Assembly (NCBI GenBank): GCA_002050375.1
Contig: MWYU01000741.1
Coordinates: 1-54,102 of the forward strand
Length of the DNA: 54,102 nucleotides
Reading direction: 5' to 3'
Source of the DNA: Chitinophagales bacterium 62-2
GTDB lineage: Bacteria > Bacteroidota > Bacteroidia > Chitinophagales > Chitinophagaceae
Below, in pieces: positions 19,631-29,884 of this stretch (positions within the stretch are counted from its first letter, which is position 1; every line of letters begins with the position of its first letter). The position numbers and the translations under genes were made by a program. The notes below the pieces were generated by a model. It saw only the letters and a program-made list of their open reading frames with translations, was not told the origin of the DNA and ran no database searches.

Positions 19631-19787
19631 GAAACTGGTTGAAGAGGATGTTTTTCTGAGCCCCGTAAAACAGAGATACAAAAGACGAACGAAATGCGAC
19701 GCAACAATGATTAACCGGAGTTGCTAAAGCTGGTACCAAAAGATAACACTTTCTCTAACCACTAACTATAAAATTTTAAAAGTAAAT

Positions 19788-20543
19788 ATGGCTACCGTTA
19801 AAGACTTTTCTGTTGAAGAAAAATTAACCAACCTTGTAAGGCTGCAAAAAATTGACTCTAAATTAGACGAGATTAGCATTCTTAAAGGTGAATTACCTAT
19901 GGAGGTTAGTGATCTTGAAGATGAAATACAAGGTTTACATGCACGTCAAACACGTATCGAAGAAGAGATAAATGGCATTTCAGATTTTATTGAGAAGAAA
20001 AAAGAAACTATTAAAGATAGTGAGGCTTTGATAAAAAAATACGAAAAGCAAAGCGAGAACGTAAAGAATAACAGGGAGTTTGAGGCGATAAACAAAGAGA
20101 TGGAAATGCAGCAATTAGAAGTAAAACTTGCTGAAAAACACATTAAAGACGCAAACGAAGAAATTGCCGAAAAAATTAAAGTACTTGATACAGCCAAAAA
20201 GCAAATAGCGGCTAAAGAAGGGGTTCTTAACAACAAAAAGAGCGAACTCGAAAAAATTATTGCAGACACAGAAAAAGAAGAGACACAATTTAAAGGAGTT
20301 AGCGATGGCGCACGTGAGGCCTTGGATGAAAGAATTCTGTTTTCTTACGATCGTATTCGAAATAATTACCGTAATGGATTAAGTGTTGTTCCGGTTATGC
20401 GGGATAGCTGCGGTGGATGTTTCAATGCTATACCCCCTCAAAAACAAAGCGAGATTAAGCAACATAAAAAAATTATTGTTTGCGAAAACTGCGGTAGGAT
20501 TTTGGTTGATGAGGACCTGCATGCTAACGTTGAAACAAAGTAA
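19788..20543 (+). CDS. Coiled-coil protein with a C4 zinc ribbon (DUF164 type)
   Basis: Long coiled coil, then CGGC...CENCGRIL; typical neighbour of Nif3 genes. Confidence 0.9.
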   Translation: MATVKDFSVEEKLTNLVRLQKIDSKLDEISILKGELPMEVSDLEDEIQGLHARQTRIEEEINGISDFIEKKKETIKDSEALIKKYEKQSENVKNNREFEAINKEMEMQQLEVKLAEKHIKDANEEIAEKIKVLDTAKKQIAAKEGVLNNKKSELEKIIADTEKEETQFKGVSDGAREALDERILFSYDRIRNNYRNGLSVVPVMRDSCGGCFNAIPPQKQSEIKQHKKIIVCENCGRILVDEDLHANVETK

Positions 20544-20565
20544 ACTAAATCAATCTTACAGTTAT

Positions 20566-20593
20566 AAAAGGGTGCTGAAACGTACCCTTTTTT
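20566..20593 (+). terminator. Rho-independent terminator
   Basis: AAAAGGGTGC-6 nt-GTACCCTTTT followed by more T. Confidence 0.8.
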
Positions 20594-20612
20594 ATTAGGC
20601 CAATTTATTTGA

Positions 20613-22100
20613 ATGAAGAAGTTTTTTTTAACGGTAATTATTTGTTTGCTTTCTGGTATTGTATTTTCTCAAAAGATATTTGAATTTACTCCTGCATGTG
20701 AAGCTGCGTATAATGAGATAATAAAACTTAAAATCGATACCGGGAAGCTGTTAACAGAGCAGGCAAGAGCAGAGAATCCGAACAATCTTATCCCTGATTT
20801 ATTAGATGGTTATATTGATTTTTTCGTTCTGTTCTTTAACGAAGACCGTGCTGAATACAATGCGAGGAAAGCGAATTTTGATAAAAGGCTTAAAGCATTT
20901 GATGAAGGCCCTCAAAATAATCCTTTCTACAGGTATTGCAAAGCCTTAACGTACCTGCAACGAGCGGGTGTGCGAATAAAGTTTGGTGAGAGATACAGTG
21001 CCGGGTGGGATTTTAAAAAAGCGAACTCTCTAATAAAAGAAAACCGGAGTAAATACAGATCGTTTCAGCTTAATAACCTTATTTCGGGCCCTGTAACTGT
21101 TGCAATAGGCACGGTACCTAAGGCATATAAATGGGTTACAAACCTGCTTGGATTAAAAGGATCGATAAGTGAAGGAATGCAATTGATGCGAAGCTTATTG
21201 AACAGCAACGACCGTTATGCAAATATCTTCGCAAACGAGGCTACCTTTTATTATTGCTATCTCATGTTCTATATTGAAAACAAGCCTGACGAAGTTTTTA
21301 AATATATACAAACAAAAAAGTTAGATATTGTTAACAATCATTTGTTTGCTTATATGGCTGCCAACCTTGGTATTAACAACAAAAGAAATGATTATGCAAA
21401 AAATGTTATTCAAAACCGAAGTCTCGCGCCTGGTTACTTATCTACTCCAGTTTGGAATTTCGAATTAGGGTATCTGTATTTGCATAAGCTCGAATTGGAC
21501 AACGCTATCCTTAATCTTGAGAAATTTGCAAACGACTTTAAGGGCAATTTTTATTTAAAGGATGCACTGCAGAAGATAAGCTGGGCTTATTACTTAAAAG
21601 GAGATATGGCAGGAGCAGAACGATTTAGACTGTTATGCATTAAAAACGGTAACACCGAAACTGATGCTGATAAGAAAGCTTATAAAGATGCAAAAAGTAA
21701 AGTTTGGCCCCACGCAGTTTTATTGAAAGCACGAATATTAAACGATGGCGGATACAATAAAGAAGCTTTGGCTTTATTGCAAGGGAAAAATATTAATGAG
21801 TTTCAAAAAACAGAAGAATCCCTGGAATTTGCTTACCGCCTTGCCCGTATTAACGACGACCTTGAAAGAGATAATGAGGCTATTTCATTCTACCAAACTG
21901 CCATACGGCTTGGCAAAAACAGGCAGGAATATTATGCCGCAAGGGCTGCTTTACAAATGGGGTATATTTACGAAAAGCGTGGCCAGAAGTCACTTGCCAT
22001 TGCAGCTTTTCAGCAATGCATAAATATGGAAGATCATGAATACAAAGACTCGCTGGATCAGCGCGCAAAAGCGGGGATAGCACGTTGTAAAGGTGAGTAG
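20613..22100 (+). CDS. Secreted tetratricopeptide-repeat protein
   Basis: Signal peptide; helical repeats such as AALQMGYIYEKRGQKSLAIAAFQQC. Confidence 0.8.
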   Translation: MKKFFLTVIICLLSGIVFSQKIFEFTPACEAAYNEIIKLKIDTGKLLTEQARAENPNNLIPDLLDGYIDFFVLFFNEDRAEYNARKANFDKRLKAFDEGPQNNPFYRYCKALTYLQRAGVRIKFGERYSAGWDFKKANSLIKENRSKYRSFQLNNLISGPVTVAIGTVPKAYKWVTNLLGLKGSISEGMQLMRSLLNSNDRYANIFANEATFYYCYLMFYIENKPDEVFKYIQTKKLDIVNNHLFAYMAANLGINNKRNDYAKNVIQNRSLAPGYLSTPVWNFELGYLYLHKLELDNAILNLEKFANDFKGNFYLKDALQKISWAYYLKGDMAGAERFRLLCIKNGNTETDADKKAYKDAKSKVWPHAVLLKARILNDGGYNKEALALLQGKNINEFQKTEESLEFAYRLARINDDLERDNEAISFYQTAIRLGKNRQEYYAARAALQMGYIYEKRGQKSLAIAAFQQCINMEDHEYKDSLDQRAKAGIARCKGE

Positions 22101-22120
22101 CCCCGGGCCCTAAAGGGAGA
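22101..22120 (+). repeat. REP-like element, family B
   Basis: CCCCGGGCCCTAAAGGGAGA directly after the stop codon; near-identical to 27281-27302. Confidence 0.7.
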
Positions 22121-22206
22121 AGATAGAAGGAAGCTACGGCCTCTTAACGAAGAAGTAAAAAGCAAGGCCTTTGAAGCGATTAAACTTGGCTCATAATTAT
22201 GAATAC

Positions 22207-22740
22207 TTAAAACCTAAACGTTGAATTCAATAACTTTGAATTGATTATTCCCACTGCTGGGGAGCTTTGCACAAATTTGTTGTTTATCAGAGTAAAACCT
22301 GTTACTGTCTTTTCATAAGGTTCTATAATCCAGTATTCTTTTACGCCGTATTTTTCATATACCTGTTTCTTATCTTTTTTATCATACCCTTTATTAGAGG
22401 GCGAAAGAATTTCAATAACCATATCTGGTGCTCCAAACAAGCCGCGTTCGTTAATTAGATGTGTGTTTTCTTTTGCAACAAAAACAATATCGGGCTGAAA
22501 AATATTATCCTCATCAAAATGTACGTCATACGGCGAAACACGCACTTCGCCAAAATCATTCTCCTCTACAAATAAATAAATTTTAGAACTTAATTTTACA
22601 AGTACCTTTTGATGACTATCTAACGGTGCGGGAGACATAACCAATGTATTATTTATTACCTGGCAAAGCGTCCCTTCGGGCAGGCTTTCCCAAACTTCCA
22701 ATATAGTTCGCGGCGGGTTCTTAATTAAAGTCTCAATCAT
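22207..22740 (-). CDS. Uma2 family (DUF820) PD-(D/E)xK endonuclease-like protein
   Basis: MSPAP..H, QPDI, GAPDMVIEILSPS and YEKYGVKEYWII motifs. Confidence 0.92.
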   Translation of the reverse strand: MIETLIKNPPRTILEVWESLPEGTLCQVINNTLVMSPAPLDSHQKVLVKLSSKIYLFVEENDFGEVRVSPYDVHFDEDNIFQPDIVFVAKENTHLINERGLFGAPDMVIEILSPSNKGYDKKDKKQVYEKYGVKEYWIIEPYEKTVTGFTLINNKFVQSSPAVGIINSKLLNSTFRF

Positions 22741-22831
22741 ATTTTAAAGTTACAAAATACCTGTACAATTACTTTTTCCACACCGGTTTTATTTACGTTT
22801 TCCAAAACCTTATCCCTGCTATCTTTACTGT

Positions 22832-24484
22832 ATGTTACGAAAGTTAGCTATTCTGAACTATGCTATTATAGATAAAATAGACATTGATTTTTCGAATAAT
22901 CTAAATGTAATCACCGGTGAAACTGGTGCCGGTAAAAGCATTCTTGTTGGCGCTTTGAGTCTTATTCTTGGCGAAAGAGCAGATACAACAGTTCTGCAAA
23001 ACAGGGAAAAAAAATGTGTTGTCGAAGGTTATTTTAAAGTTGACGATAAAAACAATGTCAGGCGATTTTTAAACGACAACGAACTCGATAATGAAGATGA
23101 ACTTGTACTACGAAGAGAGATATCAGCCAACGGAAAGTCGAGGGGATTTATTAATGATACTCCGGCCACTTTGCAGCAATTGAAAGAGCTTGCTTCTTTG
23201 TTGGTTGATCTTCATCAACAGTTTGATACGTTGGAGTTGGGCGACAGCGATTTTCAAAGAGAGGTGTTGGATGCACTTGCGGGTAACTTTGACTTATTGA
23301 ATAAGTATCAGTCAAATTATAGGCTGTGGCAACAATATAAAAATGAACTCAAAGATTTGCAAAGACAAAAAGAAACTTTTCAAAAAGAATTTGATTACCA
23401 CCAATATATTTTCAACGAACTCGACCAGTTGCAGTTATCGGATAATGAACTCGAAAATCTGGATAATGAATTGAAGTTGCTGACCAATTCAGAAGGAATA
23501 AAAACCGTGCTCTCAAAAGTATATTTTGAATTACAGGAAGGTGAACACCCAATTGTTCCGCAAATAAAATTGCTTACAAATCAACTGCTGGCTTTTGCAG
23601 AATATCACATTGATCTCCCTGCAATCGCAGAGCGTTTAAAAAGTTCACAAATAGAATTACAGGATATTGCCGAAGAAGTTGACAGAATAAATGATCATGT
23701 ACAATTCGATCAGAAAAGAATCGACCAAATAAATGAGAGGATTTCTGCCGGCTATAAAATGCTGAAAAAGCATAACGTGCAAACGACTAATGAGCTTATT
23801 TCTATTCGTAACGAACTTCAGAACAAAATGGAAGCAGTGCTGAATATTGATGAACAGATTTCCGCAAAGGAGCAGCAAGTAAAACTGTTGCTTGCAAAGT
23901 GTGAGGAAGCCGCTGACAAACTATCGACCCAAAGGAAAAAACAAATACCGGCTTTGGGGCAAAACGTGAACGCATTGTTGCAACAGGTGGGAATGCCTAA
24001 CGCAAGATTAAAAATACAGGTTCAACCAACTCCCTTAAATCCTTTTGGAAACGATAACATTGAATTCTTATTTGATGCCAATAAAAGCAATCGTTTTGAA
24101 CCCCTAAAAAAAGTTGCGAGTGGCGGAGAATTAAGCCGTTTGATGCTCTGCATAAAATCGTTAGTTGCGCAATCAATGGATCTTCCTACGCTCATATTCG
24201 ATGAAATTGATACAGGCATTTCGGGTGAAGCTGCTAAACAGGTAGGATTTATAATGAAAGATCTTGCAACAAACAGGCAACTTATTACAATTACACATCA
24301 ACCTCAGATAGCAGGTAAAGCTGATGCACATTTTTTTGTATACAAAGAAATAAAAGGCGATGCTATAAAAACCAATATTAAACTTTTATCGAACGATGAA
24401 AGAATCACCGCCATTGCAAAAATGTTAAGCGGCGAAAAACCAACCGCTGCTGCCTTGGAAAACGCACGGGAGATGGTTAACTAA
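22832..24484 (+). CDS. recN: DNA repair protein RecN
   Basis: TGETGAGKS, coiled coil, ASGGELSR, IFDEIDTG and ITHQPQIA motifs. Confidence 0.96.
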   Translation: MLRKLAILNYAIIDKIDIDFSNNLNVITGETGAGKSILVGALSLILGERADTTVLQNREKKCVVEGYFKVDDKNNVRRFLNDNELDNEDELVLRREISANGKSRGFINDTPATLQQLKELASLLVDLHQQFDTLELGDSDFQREVLDALAGNFDLLNKYQSNYRLWQQYKNELKDLQRQKETFQKEFDYHQYIFNELDQLQLSDNELENLDNELKLLTNSEGIKTVLSKVYFELQEGEHPIVPQIKLLTNQLLAFAEYHIDLPAIAERLKSSQIELQDIAEEVDRINDHVQFDQKRIDQINERISAGYKMLKKHNVQTTNELISIRNELQNKMEAVLNIDEQISAKEQQVKLLLAKCEEAADKLSTQRKKQIPALGQNVNALLQQVGMPNARLKIQVQPTPLNPFGNDNIEFLFDANKSNRFEPLKKVASGGELSRLMLCIKSLVAQSMDLPTLIFDEIDTGISGEAAKQVGFIMKDLATNRQLITITHQPQIAGKADAHFFVYKEIKGDAIKTNIKLLSNDERITAIAKMLSGEKPTAAALENAREMVN

Positions 24485-24617
24485 TTAATGATTTTATAAA
24501 CTTGTATTTTACTCAATTCAATGGTTTGGGATAGAAACCTTCACTCAACACACCTCAACCACTTAACAAGGAATGTTCAATTCTCAATATTCAATTCTGT
24601 TCGATAACTCATTAATT

Positions 24618-24649
24618 TAATGACTTATTGATCTAATGACCTAATGACC
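24618..24649 (+). repeat. Octamer tandem repeat, 4 units
   Basis: TAATGACT TATTGATC TAATGACC TAATGACC. Confidence 0.7.
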
Positions 24650-24657
24650 TGAAAACA

Positions 24658-24879
24658 ATGAAAGGTGTCCCTCACTTACCTTGGTTGGTTGTAATATATT
24701 TTTTAATCGTAGCAATACCGGTTTATATTGTTCATTCTTATTTAAAGAAACGCGCTTTCGCCAACCGGACTTTCACAAACCTGTTTTTTTATTTTGCAGG
24801 CGTTATAGGAAGCGCCTTTATTTTACACTCTCTATGTATGTGGTTGTACTTTACATTCTTTTTCGGAGTTAGAGATTGA
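24658..24879 (+). CDS. Small hypothetical membrane protein (2 TM)
   Basis: 73 aa with two hydrophobic helices around a basic loop; fills the recN-fabI gap on the same strand. Confidence 0.6.
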   Translation: MKGVPHLPWLVVIYFLIVAIPVYIVHSYLKKRAFANRTFTNLFFYFAGVIGSAFILHSLCMWLYFTFFFGVRD

Positions 24880-24922
24880 ATTTCTATTTTTACTTTTTAT
24901 CATTTAAAACAATAACCAGATC

Positions 24923-25741
24923 ATGGCATATAACTTATTGAAAGGGAAAAAAGGCATCATCTTCGGTGCTTTAAATGATCAATCGATTGCCTGGAAAATC
25001 GCAGAAAAATGTTATGAAGAAGGAGCACAACTTGTATTAACCAACGCTCCTATTGCTTTGAGAATGGGTGAGATAAATAAGTTAGCTGAAGCTTGCGGAA
25101 ACGCTCCCGTTATTCCTGCGGATGTTACAAGCAATGATGAATTAAAGAACCTGCTTCAAAAAAGTTTAGAACATTTCGGAGGACCTGCTGATTTTATTCT
25201 TCATAGTGTTGGTATGAGTATGAACATGCGCAAAAACAATCATTACACTTCATTAAACTACGACTTTACCCATAAAACCTTAGATATCTCTGCCATTAGT
25301 TTTCACCGCATACTGCAACTTGCTTACCAGATGGATGCCATAAATGATTGGGGAAGTGTAGTAGCGCTAACTTATATAGCAGGCCAGAGAGTATTTCCTG
25401 ATTATAATGAAATGGCTGATGCAAAAGCTTTATTAGAAAGCATTACACGAAGTTTTGGCTACCAATACGCCATTAAAAAGAAAGTACGCATAAACACCGT
25501 GAGCCAATCTCCAACACGTACTACAGCAGGCAGCGGGGTAAAAGGTTTTGATGGCTTTATTTCTTTTGCTGAAAGAATGAGTCCTCTTGGAAACGCAACC
25601 GCCGAAGATTGTGCGAACTATTGTGTTACCTTATTCAGCGATCTTACCAGGATGGTTACTATGCAAAACCTTTTTCATGATGGAGGATTTAGTTTTACAG
25701 GGGTAACACAGCAGGTGATGGAGCAGATGGAGAAGCAATAA
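24923..25741 (+). CDS. fabI: Enoyl-ACP reductase FabI
   Basis: GKKGIIFGALNDQSIAW, YNEMADAKALLES and QNLFHDGG motifs. Confidence 0.93.
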   Translation: MAYNLLKGKKGIIFGALNDQSIAWKIAEKCYEEGAQLVLTNAPIALRMGEINKLAEACGNAPVIPADVTSNDELKNLLQKSLEHFGGPADFILHSVGMSMNMRKNNHYTSLNYDFTHKTLDISAISFHRILQLAYQMDAINDWGSVVALTYIAGQRVFPDYNEMADAKALLESITRSFGYQYAIKKKVRINTVSQSPTRTTAGSGVKGFDGFISFAERMSPLGNATAEDCANYCVTLFSDLTRMVTMQNLFHDGGFSFTGVTQQVMEQMEKQ

Positions 25742-25862
25742 CCATTAAGTAATTCGCAAAGTTGTTAATGAGGTAACGTAACAATGACTGTCCCTTATAT
25801 CCATCATTTTGTTATTCCATAAGTTACGGAGTTGAAATAATACATTGTCAAATTCAAAAAAA

Positions 25863-26120
25863 ATGCATTGGTACGATTACCTCGGTTATTTAGGTTCTTT
25901 TCTTACCTCAATCACTTTTGTGCCACAGGTTTATAAAGCATGGCAAACGAAAAGTGTGGGAGATTTAAGCAAGTGGATGGTACTAATTGTTATTGCGAGT
26001 GCAGGTATATGGCTCGTATATGGAATTGCCATTGAAAGCGGACCTGTAATGGTTGCAAATACTGTAGTCCTGATATTTGCATTGGTTCTCTTATATTTTA
26101 CTTATAGGTTTAAGAGTTGA
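25863..26120 (+). CDS. SemiSWEET / PQ-loop family transporter; ATG 25863 preferred
   Basis: FVPQVYKAWQTKSVGDLS, WLVYG and PVMVAN motifs; three TM helices. Confidence 0.88.
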   Translation: MHWYDYLGYLGSFLTSITFVPQVYKAWQTKSVGDLSKWMVLIVIASAGIWLVYGIAIESGPVMVANTVVLIFALVLLYFTYRFKS

Positions 26121-26181
26121 ATTACGTGCTGTTGAAGGTCTAACAAAAACAACAATAATCAGGGTTACTAAGATGATTGCT

Positions 26182-26218
26182 AAAAAAAACCATCTTGCAA
26201 AAGCAAGATGGTTTTTTT
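26182..26218. terminator. Bidirectional rho-independent terminator
   Basis: A8-CCATCTTGC-AAAA-GCAAGATGG-T7 between convergent genes. Confidence 0.9.
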
Positions 26219-26248
26219 ATTATCTCTCTACTCCCTTTAGAACCAGGG

Positions 26249-26470
26249 CTAATACTCATCTTCATTAAACATAAAATCGTCCTGGCTTGGGTAATCGGGC
26301 CATATATCTTCAATACTTTCGTACACTTCTCCTTCGTCGTCAAGTTCCTGTAAATTTTCAACTACCTCTAATGGTGCTCCAGACCGTATGGAATAATCAA
26401 TTAGCTCGTCTTTAGTTGCAGGCCAGGGCGCTTCTTCAAGATAACTGGCTAATTCAAGTGTCCAAAACAT
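26249..26470 (-). CDS. DUF2795 domain small acidic protein
   Basis: MFWTLELASYLEEAPWPATKDELIDY signature; TACATTTG -7 element upstream at 26494-26501. Confidence 0.88.
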   Translation of the reverse strand: MFWTLELASYLEEAPWPATKDELIDYSIRSGAPLEVVENLQELDDEGEVYESIEDIWPDYPSQDDFMFNEDEY

Positions 26471-26622
26471 CTTCTCTAAGGTTTAAATTTTTGCAAATGT
26501 AGGGGTATAAACGATATAACCAAATCAACTTTAACTAAGCATAGGTTATATTAAAATTTCACCCCTAAGCTTCTATCGCTTACGTTTGTATTTTATTGAT
26601 TATTATACTAATTAGGTGTTAC

Positions 26623-27294
26623 ATGCTGGCAGCAAAAAATATTCATAAAAAATACGGATCGCTTGAAGTTTTGAAAGGAGTTGACCTGACAATTAATAAA
26701 GGAGAAATTGTAAGTATAGTAGGTTCGTCGGGAGCCGGTAAGAGTACATTGCTGCACATTTTAGGAACATTAGATAAGGCCGATGCCGGAGAAATTTTTC
26801 TTGAAAACCAACGCATTGATACATTGAAAGGTAAGCAACTGGCAAAATTCAGAAACAAACATGTGGGATTTGTATTTCAGTTTCACCACTTGCTGCCGGA
26901 ATTTAGTGCGTTAGAAAATGTTTGTATACCGGGTTGGATCTCCGGCAGAAAAAAGAGGGAAGTAACCGAAAGGGCTATACAATTATTAGAAACACTTAAC
27001 CTTAAAGACCGGTTTGAAAATAAACCCCAACAGTTAAGCGGCGGAGAGCAGCAAAGAGTTGCCGTTGCCCGTGCCTTAATTAATAACCCCCAGATAGTAT
27101 TTGCCGATGAACCTACCGGTAACCTTGATAGTAATAATGCAAAAGAACTGCACGAACTTTTTATGCAACTGCGAACTCAATTCAATCAAACATTTTTAAT
27201 TGTTACGCATAACGAAGAACTTGCTTTGCTCTGCGACAGAGTGATACATATGAAGGATGGAAAGATTGTGCCCCCTGTCTCCCCCGGCCCCTAA
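26623..27294 (+). CDS. lolD: ABC transporter ATP-binding protein, LolD-like; ATG 26623 preferred
   Basis: GSSGAGKST, GFVFQFHHLLPEF, LSGGEQQR and ADEPTGNLD motifs; TACGTTTG upstream at 26581. Confidence 0.8.
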   Translation: MLAAKNIHKKYGSLEVLKGVDLTINKGEIVSIVGSSGAGKSTLLHILGTLDKADAGEIFLENQRIDTLKGKQLAKFRNKHVGFVFQFHHLLPEFSALENVCIPGWISGRKKREVTERAIQLLETLNLKDRFENKPQQLSGGEQQRVAVARALINNPQIVFADEPTGNLDSNNAKELHELFMQLRTQFNQTFLIVTHNEELALLCDRVIHMKDGKIVPPVSPGP

Positions 27295-27302
27295 AGGGGA
27301 GC
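27281..27302 (+). repeat. REP-like element, family B, overlapping the lolD-like stop codon
   Basis: CCCCCGGCCCCTAAAGGGGAGC; its TAA is the gene's stop codon. Confidence 0.7.
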
Positions 27303-27345
27303 AAGAAAAAGATATGATTAAAATACTTAAATCCTCCTTTAGCGG

Positions 27346-27915
27346 TTAAGGCGCTTCTATTCTCGGTTTCCACGTAATTTCTGGCACGTTTAGTAAATGA
27401 CCAATATATCGTGCAAGTACAAATAAATAATCGCTAAGACGGTTAAGATATTTTATTACTAACGGATCGACAAAAACTTCATGTTCTATCATGTTTACGC
27501 ATAGCCTTTCTGTGCGCCTGCATACACAGCGTGTAATGTGTGCGGTTGAAACCGCAGGATGACCACCTGGCAGGATAAAGTTTTTCATAACAGGCAATTC
27601 CTCATTCATTTTGTCTATCTCCCTTTCAAGTAACTGAACATCGTTTTCTTTAAGGTCCGGTATTTTCATTAATGGTTCTTTCTCGGGATCGCAGGCTAAT
27701 GATGAACCAATAGTAAACAAACGATCCTGTATCTCTTTAAGAAATGCTTTTATTTCGATAGTACCAACATGGTCGTTTAGCAAACCTATGTATGAATTGA
27801 GTTCGTCTACCGTACCGTAGGTTTCTATACGTATATGACTTTTAGGAACCTTAGTACCACCTATTAGTGAAGTTTTACCAAGGTCGCCTGTCTTGGTATA
27901 TATTTTTGCTGCCAT
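27346..27915 (-). CDS. PduO-type ATP:cob(I)alamin adenosyltransferase
   Basis: KIYTKTGD.G.T, YGTVDELNS, FILPGG, RRTER and YLNRLSDYLF motifs. Confidence 0.93.
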   Translation of the reverse strand: MAAKIYTKTGDLGKTSLIGGTKVPKSHIRIETYGTVDELNSYIGLLNDHVGTIEIKAFLKEIQDRLFTIGSSLACDPEKEPLMKIPDLKENDVQLLEREIDKMNEELPVMKNFILPGGHPAVSTAHITRCVCRRTERLCVNMIEHEVFVDPLVIKYLNRLSDYLFVLARYIGHLLNVPEITWKPRIEAP

Positions 27916-27963
27916 AACCGGTACAATACAATAAGGTAAAAAATTTGAGAAAGTAATTGAATT

Positions 27964-28683
27964 CTAAGTAACAGGTACTCTTTCAGGATTGTTCGTAGGA
28001 ATAACAACTTTATCGCTTTCAATTAAGCCATCCCTGAGTCGTACAACTCTTTTTGCATAAGAGGCAATGTCCTCTTCGTGAGTTACTAAAACAACGGTAT
28101 TGCCTGCCGATTGTATTTTACCAAATATTTCCATAACCTCTACTGAAGTTTTACTATCAAGATTTCCGGTAGGTTCGTCGGCTAAAATAATGGCGGGATT
28201 ATTTACCAAGGCACGGGCAATAGCAACGCGTTGAATTTGGCCGCCGCTTAATTCATTAGGTTTGTGATGGCTTCTGTCTGCAAGTCCCACTTTTGACAAT
28301 ACATCCATTGCCCTGTCTATCCTTTCTTTTTTAGCAACACCTGCATAAACTAATGGCAGGGCAACATTTTCTGCAGCACTTAACCTCGGCAATAAATTAA
28401 ACTGTTGAAATATAAAGCCTATCTCCTTGTTTCTCACTTCGGCCAGGTCGTTATCGGCCATTTTACTTACATCCTTTCCGTTTAAGATATACCTGCCCAA
28501 AGTGGGGCTATCGAGGCAACCTAAAATATTCATCAAAGTACTTTTCCCAGAGCCGGAAGGTCCCATCAGTGCAACATATTCATTTTTATAAATATCCAGA
28601 TTAATCCCTTTTAGCACTTCTATGGCCTGGCTACCCATAAAGTAACTCTTGCGAATGTTTTCAAGTTTAATTATGGAACCCAT
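27964..28683 (-). CDS. ABC transporter ATP-binding protein (MacB/LolD-like subfamily)
   Basis: [21 protein letters not shown] and ADEPTGNLD motifs. Confidence 0.92.
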   Translation of the reverse strand: MGSIIKLENIRKSYFMGSQAIEVLKGINLDIYKNEYVALMGPSGSGKSTLMNILGCLDSPTLGRYILNGKDVSKMADNDLAEVRNKEIGFIFQQFNLLPRLSAAENVALPLVYAGVAKKERIDRAMDVLSKVGLADRSHHKPNELSGGQIQRVAIARALVNNPAIILADEPTGNLDSKTSVEVMEIFGKIQSAGNTVVLVTHEEDIASYAKRVVRLRDGLIESDKVVIPTNNPERVPVT

Positions 28684-28705
28684 AAAAAGGTTTAGGTGTA
28701 ATATA

Positions 28706-28996
28706 TTATTTCCTGATTACTTTGGGAACTTTAAAAAACCGGTCATCTTTATGCGGTGCATTCAATAATGCCTCTTCCCTGCTTATTGAACCCTTTACTT
28801 CATCTTCTCTTAAAACATTCACTTCATCAGTCATAAATAAAAGTGGTTCAACCCCCGCTGTATCAATTTCGTTTAACTTCTCAATAAATGAAACCATTTT
28901 TTGGAGATCCTTTTTTATCTCTTCCTTTTCTGTTGGTTCAAAAGAAAGGCGCGCAAGGTGAGCGAGTTGATCTACTAATTCATCATTCACTTCCAT
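28706..28996 (-). CDS. gatC: Asp/Glu-tRNA amidotransferase subunit C; ATG 28996 preferred
   Basis: [19 protein letters not shown] and NAP...FFKVPKVI motifs. Confidence 0.93.
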   Translation of the reverse strand: MEVNDELVDQLAHLARLSFEPTEKEEIKKDLQKMVSFIEKLNEIDTAGVEPLLFMTDEVNVLREDEVKGSISREEALLNAPHKDDRFFKVPKVIRK

Positions 28997-29089
28997 AAAA
29001 ACAAAAATAACTAATACCCACAAGTTTTAATTACAATGTTGGGGAATATCTATTTTCAATTTTGATAGTATGATAGGCAATATTTTCTA

Positions 29090-29881
29090 CTACTTTACAA
29101 TCACACTTTTACTTCTTACTGTATGCGCACTAAAGTAGCCAAGAGCGTCGCCGGTAATGTTTGTAACAGGGTTAGAAGGGGCTGCTGTTTCAGTTTCTCC
29201 TGTTGCACTCTGGCTTAAACTAAACCAGTACTTATACAAAGGAGCGTCAATGCAATGCATCTCCACTTTTATTGTATCACCTTTTGTTATTTCGCTGTTA
29301 GCACGACTGAATAATGTGTTGGTTGTATTCCGCCCGTCGCTAAGGTCATCATTTATAATATAAATACCCTTGTCTTTTACACCGTTTATATACTCCACAA
29401 AACGGTAACTGTTTCCTAAACCAACAGGGTCTCTATAAGTAACATTCACCCATTTACTGTCCTCTCTAAGAAAACTTAAGTCAGTAACATATACACTGTC
29501 TAAGGGCACAACGGCCGGCATCTTTGAAGTGGCAGTAAAAAGAGCGCCGTTAATATTTACATTCAATATATACTTCCTGCCTTCAGTTCCTGTGAGGTTG
29601 CTTTTATATATTCCGCTACTATTTTCAGTAAGATTTGTTACAACGCCGGCATCATCTGCTATGGTCACTTTAGCGCCACTAATACCTGCAAAATCATTGT
29701 TGTCACTAAAGCTTTTTGTTTGTGATATTAATACCTGGCAACCACCTTGCTGGTCTGTTATTTCGCCTTCTATCACATACTTTTTATCAGCATCATTAAC
29801 CTTTACATCTATCACCTTTTCACACGACGAAAAGAAAATGATAAGCAGTAAAGCAGAAATAATATTGCGGGTATCTTTCAT
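29090..29881 (-). CDS. DUF4249 family lipoprotein
   Basis: Lipobox FSSC followed by EKVID; C-terminal PSNP.TNI.G.ALGYFSA; directly downstream of the TonB receptor. Confidence 0.85.
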   Translation of the reverse strand: MKDTRNIISALLLIIFFSSCEKVIDVKVNDADKKYVIEGEITDQQGGCQVLISQTKSFSDNNDFAGISGAKVTIADDAGVVTNLTENSSGIYKSNLTGTEGRKYILNVNINGALFTATSKMPAVVPLDSVYVTDLSFLREDSKWVNVTYRDPVGLGNSYRFVEYINGVKDKGIYIINDDLSDGRNTTNTLFSRANSEITKGDTIKVEMHCIDAPLYKYWFSLSQSATGETETAAPSNPVTNITGDALGYFSAHTVRSKSVIVK

Positions 29882-29884
29882 TAT

